From IMG/VR virus record IMGVR_UViG_3300029288_000066, positions 1 through 64,000 of that record: DNA of 64,000 nt; one strand, given 5' to 3'. A program made the position numbers and the translations under genes. Positions 38,414 through 50,104 of this stretch are shown here, piece by piece. Each line of letters begins with the position of its first letter. Position 1 is the first letter of the stretch. The notes under the pieces were generated by a model. It saw only the letters and a list, made by a program, of their open reading frames with translations, had not been told where the DNA came from and made no database searches. Source of the DNA: a virus. Its lineage: Duplodnaviria > Caudoviricetes.

Positions 38414-38998
38414 CTAAAACAAACATAATTGAACTGGCTTTGCCAATGCTTTTTTTAACTTAGCATGTAGTTTCTCAAGAAATATATCCTCTGGGTGTGC
38501 ATCATGTATAATAAATCTCCATGGTTCAGATTGGGGAAATATGTCTTTAAACAAACATTCCAATTTTTCCCTTTCTCCCCTATCTTGAATTAAGTAAAAA
38601 TTCAATTCAGTGTAAAAGTCCTGCACTCTTCTTATAAATTCATTTTCTTCAACTATCCCTGACTGGAACTCCCTTAATGCCTCTCTAAAATGTTTTTGAA
38701 ACTCCATGTGCTCGTACCATTGGAGTTCACCCTGAAGGCTTTCTTTTATATCTGCCCTTAACCTTGCAAATGTTTTTCGAACATTCATTTTTCCTTTTGT
38801 TCGATGACTGAGTTTTCCAACAAAATAATCACTACCAATCCTTTGAATAAATTGCTTTAGTGTGGTGCTTTCTCCCATTGCACCCCAATAGTAGGAAAAA
38901 TCATAACCACATTCATCGTTTGATATAATTATTTTTCCTTTTCCATCTCCGAATTCATCCAAGATGACATCTGTATGACCTATTCTAATATGTTCCAT
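38414..38998 (-). CDS. hypothetical protein
   Basis: 194-aa ORF. Confidence 0.7.
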   Translation of the reverse strand: MEHIRIGHTDVILDEFGDGKGKIIISNDECGYDFSYYWGAMGESTTLKQFIQRIGSDYFVGKLSHRTKGKMNVRKTFARLRADIKESLQGELQWYEHMEFQKHFREALREFQSGIVEENEFIRRVQDFYTELNFYLIQDRGEREKLECLFKDIFPQSEPWRFIIHDAHPEDIFLEKLHAKLKKALAKPVQLCLF

Positions 38999-39580
38999 TG
39001 TTTATTTTTTTGTTTCTTTATAATCTTCAAGAGGACATTTCTTTGGAATCCCAGGGTCTTTATCATGCCACTCATGATACCCATCAATCACAAGCCCTTT
39101 TTTCTTTTTACAAGACCATTCTTCTGGACGACAAAAAGAATCGGGACATGGTACTGGTTTTGTTTCGAAATACTCACACTTTGTGCACGATGTAAGAACA
39201 CAAACTTTTTTTACTTGTTTTACTTGTTTTGTCATAACTCTAGAGGTTCTTTAAATTGATTTTCGAATATTCTTTTTACATGTTCTTTCGCCACTTTCAA
39301 TATAGCTATGCGTAATAATGTGAGGCTTCATTGGTTTAAATATTTTTCTCTTTTTTTCTCTGACAAACTTGCCAGCCATTGCTGTCTAAGTTTCATACAA
39401 TTGTGCCTGTTCCCTTTGCACTTCAATTTTCCATCTTTTCGTTTTACCCACTTAATCCATTCGCTCCAACCTGCCTGCCCCTCATCGTGACACCATTCTC
39501 CTCCATCATTTGCGTCAAAGTTCACACAATCATAGTCTCCGCCATAATTGTTTTGTTTTTTATCTGGGTCTTTCCTTGGC

Positions 39581-40069
39581 TTATTTTTTCTCATTTTTCT
39601 CAGAAGGTGCCCAACCTAATTCTTTTACAGTGTTTTTAAAAATATTACAAAGCTGGTCTGAAATTTTAAACCGCTCTTTATTTAGCTTTATGCTTTCCTC
39701 CATATTTCCGTTTTCATGTCTTTCTGTGGCAGCCTTCCAGTCAACAAAAAGCTCAACAATATCCAACAAACTCATTCCATCAATTCCATCTTTATAAAAT
39801 TCTGGATGGTGAGAGTTGTTTTTGTAATGATGGTCTAATGCAACCTGCAATTTTTTGAGAGAGTCTTTATAGTCATCAGACCCATAAGTCAACGTTTTCA
39901 GCAAAGGTGTGTATTTGTCAAAATGCTCTTTTTCTGGGTCTTCCAGCTTTGAGTCGTCGTGCTTTACAGCTCTTCTTATTAATTCACCACACACGTCGGC
40001 CATCAATTGACCAACCCTTTTTTTGTGTTCACCAGTATCTTTTCTACTGTCGTATTTTTTTTCTTCCAT
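39581..40069 (-). CDS. HD-like protein (DUF5662-like)
   Basis: H..HDDSK..HHY..N.HHPE..E..DW motifs. Confidence 0.7.
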   Translation of the reverse strand: MEEKKYDSRKDTGEHKKRVGQLMADVCGELIRRAVKHDDSKLEDPEKEHFDKYTPLLKTLTYGSDDYKDSLKKLQVALDHHYKNNSHHPEFYKDGIDGMSLLDIVELFVDWKAATERHENGNMEESIKLNKERFKISDQLCNIFKNTVKELGWAPSEKNEKK

Positions 40070-40670
40070 ATTATTTTTTTTGTTTAAATTTCTCTGGCAA
40101 ATATTTATCTACAAATAAATTAAATATTTTTTTACAAAACTTATCTCCCATAAATTCTGAGTCTAACTCAAACTCTCCATCAACCTTGTGGAATGTAAGT
40201 TCTCCAAACCCAACTTTTTTATCACTCCAGAGAATTTTAAATCCTCTGCCTCCTTTAAAAATTCTTACTTCGTCTATTTGCATATCATTGTTTTTTAAAA
40301 AATAAAGTTACAAAAAATAAATTTAATATACAAGTTAATGTTTTTACTTTCTTTTTATTTGCTCTATTCTTTTTTTTATAATTTCTTCAAAACTCATGTT
40401 TTTACCAATATATAAAGCAAAAAACCAGTCCAGAGAATCTGCACTTGATACTCTGCTTATCATTTTCCTTCCTTCTTCTTTATTAAAATAAGAAGCATAC
40501 GCCACAAGATTCCCACCTTTATAAAAAACAACTCTCATATAATCATAAAAATCATTATTGATTCTTACCAGTATTCCGCCATGAGGAAAAGAGTTTTTTG
40601 CTGGCGCAAACCCCTCATCCTTGGCTTTTAACATGATTCTTTCCATTTTTATCTCATCAACTCTTTGCAT

Positions 40671-41528
40671 TTATTTCTGTTTTAATGCAATCTTTGACAT
40701 CAAACAACTATTGTTGTGTTGACAATATCTTGTCTCATAACTATAATAACGCTGATATTTTTGATTTGCTATGTCATAGGGGCATTGGATAATCTTTCCG
40801 CCAATGAAATAGTTTGCAAACTTACATTTGTTTCCGCACTGATTAATTGTACTTTCAAACACCCCACGCTTGCTAACATGTATCTCCATCTCTCCACTAT
40901 AAGAATTCAAGAAATCATGCACCAGTTTTTTATATTCCAACACAGGCATTGTTAAATCAGTGTCTTCAAAGAACTCTTGTGAAGGATTATCAAGTTCTCT
41001 AAGGCTGGATATGAAAAATACTTTACAAAAATAAACAATTTCTAAATAATCAGCAGTCTTTAGAAGTTCTTTAACGGTTGAGTTTTTTGACACCATAAAA
41101 CAAACATCAAAAGGAATGTCAGCTGTTTTTGGCAAGTCATTAAGGCTTTTTGTTTTTCCAGTTTCGCAATAAATAGAGACCCTTATCTTAGCCCCTTGTA
41201 AATCGGCTTTAGAAAAATTTCCCAAGAAATATCCGTTTGTATAGATGGTCGTTTTAAGACCAAACCAATTGTTAAATTGAATCATTTCTTTAATGTCTGG
41301 ATGCAGCAATGGCTCTCCACCAATTAAAGTAATTCTTTGCACACCCCTATTTGCAGCATCTTTTATGGCGCTTTTATATTCATCAAGTTCCATGTGTTTT
41401 TTCTCGCCCATAATTCCTCTAACAAAGCAACCTGTACAATTTAGATTGCAATGAGTAGTAATAAACATTTGAAGCGTGTTTATTCTCCTAACTGGCAATT
41501 CTTCATATTTTTCCCAAGGGAATTTCAT
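40671..41528 (-). CDS. radical SAM protein
   Basis: CNLNCTGC, GGEPLLH, YTNG. Confidence 0.85.
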   Translation of the reverse strand: MKFPWEKYEELPVRRINTLQMFITTHCNLNCTGCFVRGIMGEKKHMELDEYKSAIKDAANRGVQRITLIGGEPLLHPDIKEMIQFNNWFGLKTTIYTNGYFLGNFSKADLQGAKIRVSIYCETGKTKSLNDLPKTADIPFDVCFMVSKNSTVKELLKTADYLEIVYFCKVFFISSLRELDNPSQEFFEDTDLTMPVLEYKKLVHDFLNSYSGEMEIHVSKRGVFESTINQCGNKCKFANYFIGGKIIQCPYDIANQKYQRYYSYETRYCQHNNSCLMSKIALKQK

Positions 41529-41845
41529 TATATTATCTCCTCTATTAATTTCACACCATCTGTTTTAATCCTATATGAGTTTTATATAGAACATTTTTTA
41601 TTAACACCTTGAAAATCCTTGTCGGCTCCTGATGTTTATCAAACATATATTTTTTTAATTTCCTGGCATTATAAATCTTTGATACAACCCAAATGCCACC
41701 GCAGTCATTGTTTGAATTGTCAATTCTGTTATTTGGTTCATGTTTCCATGAATTAAGTTTAAATTGCATTATGTTTGGGTTTTTTCTTAGTCCCAAAGAC
41801 TGACAGCTTTCGGTAACGACTTTAAAATATACGTCAGGATTATCC

Positions 41846-42568
41846 TTAAACATATTTTTTAGCTATTTCACAACACTGAACAACCTTTTCCAAATCAAAC
41901 TCGTTATTGGTTCTCACACCACTTTCCATATCAATCCAAATTTCATTGTCACCAACTACTGCTTCTATTTCCTGAAGCTTCCGCTCTAAGTTTTCTGGAC
42001 TTAATCCGCCTGCATAGCCACAAAAAATGTTTGGAATTAATTGGGGAATTTCAGCAATTTCACTGCCATTTCCGCCTGAGCAATCGAACAGAATGTTAAT
42101 TTTCTTACTTCTTTGAATATATGGAACAATAGCATTTATAAATGATGCATTGTTCTCGTTTTGCTGCAGTATAAAAGAAGTAAAACTTGTTTTTTTGATG
42201 AATCCAAATAAATTAACCAAATCTATATCACAAATTTTAGCATTAAAGTTAAGCTGAACCCTATCAGACACACTCAACATACGAGAAAGAATAGGGTGGT
42301 CAGACCATTCTCTAATTCCACCATCTGCAATAATTTGCCTGCAAATCTCTCCGCATATATGCGCTGCATTTCCTCCGCCACGCAAATGAACAGAAGGACA
42401 TGTTAATTTTTCAATCGTTTTGGCAGACGGATACCGCTGAGTCCCCATTTTTGTTTTAGAAATAAGAAATCCCCACTCGACAAATGGATATTTATTAGAA
42501 ATCTTTTCTAATTCCGACAGGTCTGTTTTATCATCAGCACCAGTAAATGTTACAGTTTTTAGTTTCAT
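41846..42568 (-). CDS. TrpF-like TIM-barrel protein
   Basis: LFDCSGGNG, GYAGGLSPEN, WIDMESGVRT. Confidence 0.65.
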   Translation of the reverse strand: MKLKTVTFTGADDKTDLSELEKISNKYPFVEWGFLISKTKMGTQRYPSAKTIEKLTCPSVHLRGGGNAAHICGEICRQIIADGGIREWSDHPILSRMLSVSDRVQLNFNAKICDIDLVNLFGFIKKTSFTSFILQQNENNASFINAIVPYIQRSKKINILFDCSGGNGSEIAEIPQLIPNIFCGYAGGLSPENLERKLQEIEAVVGDNEIWIDMESGVRTNNEFDLEKVVQCCEIAKKYV

Positions 42569-43622
42569 TTCTTTTTGTTTTTTGAAGATTTTATTTTTAT
42601 TTCTAGTGCTTGAATTATCGCCGATTCCTCTATTATTGTTTTAGTCAACGCATCCTGTTGCTTTACGTGCTGCTTGTAATCATCCTCGATGATTTTCTTA
42701 TATTCCTCTATGGTTATTTCTGATGTATTAATTTTGCAGCAGGGACAACGCATCCATTTATCCATATATTCATAACCAGCAACTATATAATTTCCGCAAA
42801 TTGAGCATTTTTTCCAAAGCCTTTCTGTTCTTCCAAGCACATAGCTCCCCTCTGTACCATCGAATTTTGTAAATCGATAAGTGCGAGGTTTGTTCCCGCC
42901 CGTATCATCATACTCAAATAAGTTTTTATCTGGCTTTTTCATAATTTAACTAAATCTAGAAAAAATAAATACGTAGGGGTCTGCAATTTCTTCATTGGCC
43001 TCAAGAAAGAATAATTTTCTATATTTGTTTTTAACTTTTTCTTCATCTAAACCTTCAAAATTCAAAGGAGTAAATCCCCATCCAAGTTCTTCATCTCCTC
43101 CCACAGCCAAAAGCTTTCCAAAAGCAACATCAACATCTCCGCCATCACACCTAACAATTATAAATTCTTCTCCTTCGTGTCCATCAATCATTGAAAGATA
43201 TTTATCATCCCAATAATCAAAATTCTTCCCGTTGGAGTCTTTCATATCATGCGGCAACTTCCACCCGTAAATAATATAATCAGTTCTATCTATACTCATA
43301 TTGTTTAATTTTTACATATTTTTTCACCATAATCAGCATTCACCAACACCATATTAGTCCATGCCTGAGCAATTGCTTTTTTGTTTTTTTCAAAAAAATC
43401 TTTTCCTTTTTCAGAATGAAAAAAGGCATAAAAACCTTCTTTCTCAGAAATTCTTTTCATCTTTTCAATGCTTTCTTTGTCATCATGAAAGTCAATAATT
43501 ATAGAATTTCCGCACTCATATTTTATACCATTAAATATAATATACATGTACATTCCAATAGGCAATTCACTTTCTGATTTTATTTTATAATAAATTTGTT
43601 CAATTGTTTCCACAATACTTCT

Positions 43623-44006
43623 TTAAAAAGTCCAACTACAGCTTTCGCACTGTCTTACTGAAAAGATTTTGTATTGGCATCCAAGCCTGGGATAGTTTGT
43701 GTATTTACAGAAGTCTGGTTTTACACCGTTATCAACACTGTTCTCAATGCCCATTGGCTTTCTTGCAAGTTGAGCCTCTTTCATTATAATTTTTCTATTC
43801 TTTTTTATTACATCAATTGTCTCATCAAACTTTCTGACCATATGGTTGTCAAAATCGGCTTCGTTTACAAAATCCAAAGTCTCAGGAAATTCTACAGAGA
43901 AACCTTCTTTGCGTAGAAAATCTTTTAATAGGAATAGTAAGCGTGATTTTCCAGAACCCGCTTGTCCTGAAATTGTAATAAATATATTTTCATTTTCCAT
44001 ATTCAA
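43623..44006 (-). CDS. P-loop-containing protein
   Basis: ISGQAGSGKS. Confidence 0.55.
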   Translation of the reverse strand: MNMENENIFITISGQAGSGKSRLLFLLKDFLRKEGFSVEFPETLDFVNEADFDNHMVRKFDETIDVIKKNRKIIMKEAQLARKPMGIENSVDNGVKPDFCKYTNYPRLGCQYKIFSVRQCESCSWTF

Positions 44007-44012
44007 AATTTT

Positions 44013-44312
44013 CTATTCGTTTATTATTTCAATTATTTTACCATATACGTTTTTAGTCCACCCGTTGATATGTCCGTGGTTGTTTCCAATTTGGCACCCT
44101 TTTTTGGGGTCTTTTGCTTTTACTAAGTGGGTGTAACAATTTCCCCTAACCTTCGCATAAACTATATCACCAACTTCTACACTTTCCCAGGTCGCAGGAG
44201 CGATTCTAACAGGTTGTTTTGATTTTAGGATAGGCAGCATGCTATTTCCTGGTTCCTTGCTTATAATCGTTTCCCCTGCAAGTAACTTTTCTATTTTCCA
44301 ATTTTTACTCAT
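44013..44312 (-). CDS. S24/S26 peptidase-like protein
   Basis: GNSMLP..GDIV..H.V..GNN; start likely MSKNWK. Confidence 0.6.
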   Translation of the reverse strand: MSKNWKIEKLLAGETIISKEPGNSMLPILKSKQPVRIAPATWESVEVGDIVYAKVRGNCYTHLVKAKDPKKGCQIGNNHGHINGWTKNVYGKIIEIINE

Positions 44313-44727
44313 CTTATGATTTTTTATCAACAAATATATTATCTGCCTCAATGCCAAAATAACTGCAAATTTCAGTCATTTCAAAAGCAAAGTATTTATT
44401 TTTCATAGTACACTTAATCCCGTCATCATCTAGTATGTTGCTTCCCAACAATTCATTGAATTTCTCGATATCCCAAGTGGAAACAAAGGCATAGACTTCT
44501 TCGTTGTGCCAATGATATTCAACTTCGTTATCAGTTATAAATTTATATAATTCTAGTTCTGTCATTTTTTTATTTTCTCCATTTTTTCTTTACACTTATC
44601 GCAATACAAAGGTTCGTCAGAATCCCAGTCTGCTTTTGTTATGCGCTTTGGGTCAACCTCATCTTCTGAAAACCCTTCCTCCACAATTGCAAGACACTTG
44701 TTGCATAAAATGGCTGCTGCTCCATTG

Positions 44728-45252
44728 TTAAACTTCTTTATTCTTGCCATATTTCCCACTTAATATATTGCCAATTCTCATAACTCGTTCTTTAAATTCT
44801 TCAACAGTCCCATTATTGTCAACAACAACATCTGCACATGAAATATCTATATTGAAAGAGTCTGATGGTTCCTTTGGAAGTCTTTTCGACGCATCAACCC
44901 ACACAATTAAATCAAACAGTCCTTGTTTTATACACTCTCGAATTTCTTCTCTATCTCTCATTCCAACATAACAGTCTGCAAGTGCAAGTATTCCCTTTGC
45001 CAATCTTGCTCTATCATCTTTATTGTAATCACAGATTAAATTATACCATTCTGCCCTATGATTAGACCTGTCTTCATAACAGTCTTCTGATGTTTTGTAT
45101 TCATACTTTTCTTTTAACCTATCATATATAAATATGTCAGCTGCGGCTTGTGATGAAGAAATAAAAGCCAGTCCAAACTCATCTCTCAAAATTTCGGCAA
45201 ATGTGTCTTTCCCGTGTCGGCCTGAACCTAGGATTAATAATTTTGGTAGCAT
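44728..45252 (-). CDS. deoxynucleoside monophosphate kinase-like protein
   Basis: GSGRHGKDT P-loop, R..W, VGMR..E, DNNGT; start likely MLPKLL. Confidence 0.7.
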   Translation of the reverse strand: MLPKLLILGSGRHGKDTFAEILRDEFGLAFISSSQAAADIFIYDRLKEKYEYKTSEDCYEDRSNHRAEWYNLICDYNKDDRARLAKGILALADCYVGMRDREEIRECIKQGLFDLIVWVDASKRLPKEPSDSFNIDISCADVVVDNNGTVEEFKERVMRIGNILSGKYGKNKEV

Positions 45253-45268
45253 AGTTTTATTTTTTTTA

Positions 45269-45300
45269 CAAATATAAAAAAAATTATTTAAACTTCCAAA
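45269..45300 (-). promoter_or_regulatory. Bacteroidota housekeeping-sigma promoter TTTG-N20-TATATTTG
   Basis: exact consensus, just upstream of the kinase gene. Confidence 0.6.
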
Positions 45301-46102
45301 CAAATCCTTTATAAATTCCTTTGTTTTTTTTAATGGCTTGACTAATTAAACAAGAATTTCCCTTTTTTATCTTCTTATCAAAAACAAAAGAAACAGATTT
45401 GGCAGCTTCTTTTAAACTGTTAAATTCATCAATGAAATTGTTCGACAAATCGAATTTAACAATTTTTTTGCCGCCCAATTTATATCCAGGTGCACCCTTA
45501 TTCCAAGGAACATTTCCTTTTTTGAAGTTTGATGGGTTTTGAACAAATCTCATTTTACTTGCATTATCTACTATTCTCTTCAACTCCTCTTCCCCAATTT
45601 TTGAATATTCTTGTTCGTATAGCCAAATGAAACCACCACAAGTTTTTGTTTTTTTTGACAAAACACTATCAATCCCACGTTTCTTAATACACCTTTCGGC
45701 ATCTAATGTAGATTCAAACGTTTTTACATATAATCCATCCTTATTCAAACAAACAACTTTTTTTCCATTATCTCCCTTTTTAAATGATGTTTGATTTCCG
45801 AAAGTACAGCCGTCTCCGCCTAATGTATAATTTATTAAATTAAACCCCCAAGACTTCATTTGACATATCCAATATGTCTCCCAAAAAACCCACTCATTGA
45901 TTGGGACTATATCTACCACTTCTATAATTGGCTTTAGGCCAATTCTTTTTAAAGATTCTATCCAGTTTCTTTTGTGAATTTGGTGCTTCCTAGCACGATT
46001 TAAGTGAGCACCATATCTTTGCTTTACATTATTGGCTTTCCCAACATATCTCACCTCTTTGGTTACTGGGTCAATAAGAATATAAATGTTTGTTGTTTTC
46101 AT
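45284..46102 (-). CDS. GIY-YIG homing endonuclease with NUMOD1 repeats
   Basis: IYIL..RYVGK..R..H..E..W..N...GG; C-terminal NUMOD1-like repeats. Confidence 0.85.
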   Translation of the reverse strand: MKTTNIYILIDPVTKEVRYVGKANNVKQRYGAHLNRARKHQIHKRNWIESLKRIGLKPIIEVVDIVPINEWVFWETYWICQMKSWGFNLINYTLGGDGCTFGNQTSFKKGDNGKKVVCLNKDGLYVKTFESTLDAERCIKKRGIDSVLSKKTKTCGGFIWLYEQEYSKIGEEELKRIVDNASKMRFVQNPSNFKKGNVPWNKGAPGYKLGGKKIVKFDLSNNFIDEFNSLKEAAKSVSFVFDKKIKKGNSCLISQAIKKNKGIYKGFVWKFK

Positions 46103-46373
46103 ATATTTATTTTTATTATAAATATATGAAAATATTTATTTTAACAAGCCCACAGCCAATTTTTCCGCAAATACATATTTTTTTTATATTTTCCGAACAT
46201 TATCCCACATAGAACAGCTAATTTCGGTTTCAGTCCCAAAACCTTTTGCTATTGACACACAGATATGTTTTCCATTATCACTTTGGCCAACACTTAATGT
46301 GTACTCTTGATTTTTTATAAATCCGCAACTTAGGTTTTCTCCTTTAAATATTACTTTTACTATATGTGCCATA

Positions 46374-46838
46374 TTATTGAATTTTAACAGCGGCCAATGC
46401 CACCTGGTATGTTTTCGTTTCTGGCGGCCATTCTAAGACGATTCCAGCGCATTTCATCGTTTCTGTGATGTTCACCCCCTCCGCCTCTGGACATTTTGAA
46501 ATATGGTAATCGGAAAATATTTTTTTGAATTTTTTTATCTCTTCTAGCAATGATTTTCTAGCGGACGGCTGCCAATACAAACAACACTTAAGTCGATATT
46601 CTGTCCAAAGAGGATATTTGTTTTTTAAATTGTTTACATGAGTGCCCAGGTCAAATTCATTCCAAATTACATACACGGGTTTTGTTAAATCATACATCTT
46701 GTCAAAAAAACCGACATTTGGTGGGCATCCATCTTTCTTATTGAAGTTTGGGCAACCCTTCTTATGATTATGATAAGGCTTAACACATAAACTTCTCATT
46801 CTATAATCTATTGTCGGTATAACTTGTTGGTAAGGCAT
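46374..46838 (-). CDS. Cys-rich metal-binding protein (DUF2284-like)
   Basis: C..CPNF..CPP..PEAEGVNI; start likely MPYQQV. Confidence 0.55.
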   Translation of the reverse strand: MPYQQVIPTIDYRMRSLCVKPYHNHKKGCPNFNKKDGCPPNVGFFDKMYDLTKPVYVIWNEFDLGTHVNNLKNKYPLWTEYRLKCCLYWQPSARKSLLEEIKKFKKIFSDYHISKCPEAEGVNITETMKCAGIVLEWPPETKTYQVALAAVKIQ

Positions 46839-47605
46839 TTTTTTAATCTGTATTCCATTCTGGCGCACACAAATCAAACAGTATTCTAGTTTTGCATTTA
46901 TCGCATTGAATTGCTGCAACACAGCAAGAACATCCACGTTTTTTCTCTTCCTCTTTTGTTGTCTCTACTTCATGAAACTCGCCGCCACAAGAGCAGAACG
47001 CTTTGTCTATTTCTCTCCCGTTAAATTCTCTCATTATTCAATTCCCTTTTTTCAAATATGTGATATTCCTTTTCATAGCTAGGCGGTTTATATTTTGTGT
47101 CACGAGGCTCAATGTCAATCGTGTCCAAATACATAACACAATTGTGAAAATTAGTTGCATTTGTATGATTCCACCTTGTATATTTATCATGTGTCTTTTG
47201 AAAATACGTTATAAGAAAAGCATTAATATATCCATAATGACGCAGACGAGAATTGCTGGTATAAAAACAAATCTTGTGCCCGTTTATGATAGCATAAGAA
47301 AATTCTATACAAACAGGTAGGGTTTCTTTGTTAAGTTTAACGTTTTTCTTATTGCTTTATGCCTTTTGGCGCACACTTCTACCTCTAAAATCGTGTACGT
47401 TTGACCTAAGCCAACTTCCCCCCAATCAACCGTGAGGGTATTTTCATCGTGTTCACGCCAATCTTTCCACAGTTGATATCTTTCTTCACTTGTAGCTTCA
47501 ACTAGCCATTCTATGTCTTTAAAATAATCATTGCCGAGTGCTAAATGAAGAGTGTTTGTGTTATTAAGTCCTACATCCATAATTTTGATTTTATATGTTT
47601 TTTGA

Positions 47606-48109
47606 TTACAAATTTTTTGTACATGGATTGTTTCCAATTGTCCCATCGGGTTTTAATACTTTATTCGAACAGGCTCCACAGTTTTCTTTGTTCCAATTAC
47701 ATGAATAGTGAATGTCTGGTCTCTTCGCTTCATACTCCTGCTCAACCATTTTAAGAACATGCACTTCATCTGTATTTGGCAGCAAAGGAACATTTGCTTC
47801 AACTCGAACCCCCGCTTTTATATTTGCATTAAACATGATGCAGTCGAATTCATTTGTGTAAACCGCAACAAACCCTGTCCTGGGAGTTACACAATTTTTA
47901 CACATCTTTAAGATTTGATAAAACAATGGGTGAGCCAATGGTTCTCCTCCAGATATGTTAATCCTATCGTAAATTTCATCCCCAAGAAAATCATCTATTT
48001 CATCCATATCCAAAGACAATTTACCTTGTGGTCCTGCATTAGAACTGCAGTAGGCACATTCATTCGGACAGTAATCTGTTATTTCAATTGTTACTTCTTT
48101 CATATGCAA
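47606..48109 (-). CDS. short radical SAM protein
   Basis: CPNECAYC, SGGEPLAH, YTN. Confidence 0.75.
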   Translation of the reverse strand: MHMKEVTIEITDYCPNECAYCSSNAGPQGKLSLDMDEIDDFLGDEIYDRINISGGEPLAHPLFYQILKMCKNCVTPRTGFVAVYTNEFDCIMFNANIKAGVRVEANVPLLPNTDEVHVLKMVEQEYEAKRPDIHYSCNWNKENCGACSNKVLKPDGTIGNNPCTKNL

Positions 48110-48207
48110 AAAATAATTATTTCTTAATATCTCTTATGCCAATTTGAATTTAAAAAAACGAAATCTTTTTAAAATCCTTTAAAATGTAAATTAATTTTTT
48201 CATAATA

Positions 48208-48732
48208 TTATTTTTTCTTTGGCCTCATGAATAAAATCATTTTTTTGCCTTCCATTTTTGGAATAGCTTCTGGAATTCCACAATCTTCTAACGCATCAAT
48301 TAGTTGCGTTAAAATCTCTGCACCCTTACTTTGATAAGCCATTTCTCTTCCTTTAAATACAACGACAATTTTTAGCCTATCGCCTTTTGCAAGAAAGTTT
48401 TTTGCATGACCTAGTTTAAAATTAAAATCATGCTCCCCAGTATTTGGAGTAAACCTTAATTCTTTCATGTCAATCTTATCAGGTTTTTTGGTGTCTTTCT
48501 TTTTGTTGTAAAGAAATTTTTGATAATCCATTATCTTACAGATTGGCGGAGTTTGAGACGCATTAATTTCCACAAGGTCAAGGTTTAATTCGTCGGCAAT
48601 CCTCATTGCCTCAGCTATAGGATACGTATCCATTTTCACATTATCACCAACTAGTTTAACATAGTAGGCTTTTATTTGGTGATTAACATTAAGCCTGTTT
48701 TCTTCTTTCTTTTTAAAATTTTTATTGTTCAT
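48208..48732 (-). CDS. infC: translation initiation factor IF-3
   Basis: LDLVEIN..PPICKIMDYQKFLY, KELRFTPNTGEHDF..FL.KGD. Confidence 0.93.
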   Translation of the reverse strand: MNNKNFKKKEENRLNVNHQIKAYYVKLVGDNVKMDTYPIAEAMRIADELNLDLVEINASQTPPICKIMDYQKFLYNKKKDTKKPDKIDMKELRFTPNTGEHDFNFKLGHAKNFLAKGDRLKIVVVFKGREMAYQSKGAEILTQLIDALEDCGIPEAIPKMEGKKMILFMRPKKK

Positions 48733-48735
48733 TTA

Positions 48736-49185
48736 TTATAATAAGGGTAAATTTCCTGTGATTTTATCAATTTCTTCTGCCCAGTAAGGACCAATACCAA
48801 CGCAAGTGTTTGTTGGGATTCCTTTAAATTCAGTTAGCCCAGCATCGGTTATTAAAACAGAAGAAATGTTTGCATCTTTTGCTTTCTGAAATATCTCCAA
48901 AAGTTCATTTTCATCTTTGCAATAAACACATATTTTTGTAAAACGTCCATTAAGCCATTTGTCCCATGGAGTGTTTTCTTTATATGCAAAGAACAATGTT
49001 TTATATCCGCACGATTTCATTATCCAGAAAAGAAAACGAGCAATAATAAATATAAATCCTTTAGGAACAATTCTCATCGTATTCAACACAACACCAAGAC
49101 TCGCATGGCTTCCTTGGGCAATTTCTTTCCCACGCCTTACCTTCAGGTCTTTTCTCATCACGATAACTTGTTTTACTGCTTCCAT
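48736..49185 (-). CDS. pth2: peptidyl-tRNA hydrolase, Pth2 type
   Basis: KQVIVMRKDL..GK.IAQGSHA, KIC, DAGLTEF..T..GIGP..ID.ITGNLPLL. Confidence 0.9.
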   Translation of the reverse strand: MEAVKQVIVMRKDLKVRRGKEIAQGSHASLGVVLNTMRIVPKGFIFIIARFLFWIMKSCGYKTLFFAYKENTPWDKWLNGRFTKICVYCKDENELLEIFQKAKDANISSVLITDAGLTEFKGIPTNTCVGIGPYWAEEIDKITGNLPLL

Positions 49186-49196
49186 ATTGTGTGTTA

Positions 49197-49222
49197 TACG
49201 AAAAAGTTATTGTTTTGTTTCA
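49197..49222 (-). promoter_or_regulatory. ECF-type promoter TGAAAC-N16-CGTAT driving pth2-infC
   Basis: recurrent motif. Confidence 0.65.
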
Positions 49223-49693
49223 TTGTTCATTTCTTCAATTTCAACTATCTCAAGTTTTTTCACAACGTATCCCGCCTTAAAAACGAGTTTTGCCAATTCA
49301 AAAAAAGCATTCTTTTTTACAACATCATAATTAGAAGAAACAGATTCAAAGTTTCCTTTATGAGGAGGCATTTCTTTTAACTCTTTGTCATAGAAAACAC
49401 AGTTGAATTTTATTTTGTATCTCTTCACATCTCCAATTAATATTGCATTATCAAGCAGTTCTCCTTTTTCTTTGTACCTTTTAAAGACTTCCGATGCATA
49501 ATATTCATCAACATCTTTAAAATTTAGAACTTTCTTAACCACGTATTCCATTAAATTGTCACGAAATACAGTATCGTTAAAACCATGTTGTACTCCAAGC
49601 GAAGATATCGCTTCTGGGAGTTTTTTCATTAAAACTTCCGTTTCCTGCGCATCCAAATTGAATGGCAAGTCGTCCATATAAATAATGTTATCG

Positions 49694-50104
49694 CTACTCA
49701 TTCTTTTTCCTTTCCTTTAAAATCTCAATCATTTTTCTCAAACAAGCAAGTTCTGATTCTTCATAACCTCGAACTCCGCTATCGTGCATTGTTTCTTCCC
49801 CAGCACCATTTTCAACCTGGCAATAAAATTCAACACCAGTTATGGCATTGTCTGGATAACAACGCTTGGGTGTTATTGAGTGGAACAAGTCGTGTTTCTC
49901 ACGAAACCAACGAAATGCCTGCTGATAAAGTGGTGCCAACATAAATGTATCTGGATTTTTTGTAATTAACCTGTCAACATAGGAAGCATCAAATATATAA
50001 TAAAATTCACTTTCATGTTGTGGACAAATGGCAATACACGGCTCATCAAATCCAAGCTCTTTTAATTCTTTACATTCTTCGTAAGGAATGAATTCTTTTT
50101 TCAT
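49694..50104 (-). CDS. phage paralog family member
   Basis: ELKELGFDEPC...APLYQQAFRWFREK. Confidence 0.7.
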   Translation of the reverse strand: MKKEFIPYEECKELKELGFDEPCIAICPQHESEFYYIFDASYVDRLITKNPDTFMLAPLYQQAFRWFREKHDLFHSITPKRCYPDNAITGVEFYCQVENGAGEETMHDSGVRGYEESELACLRKMIEILKERKKNE

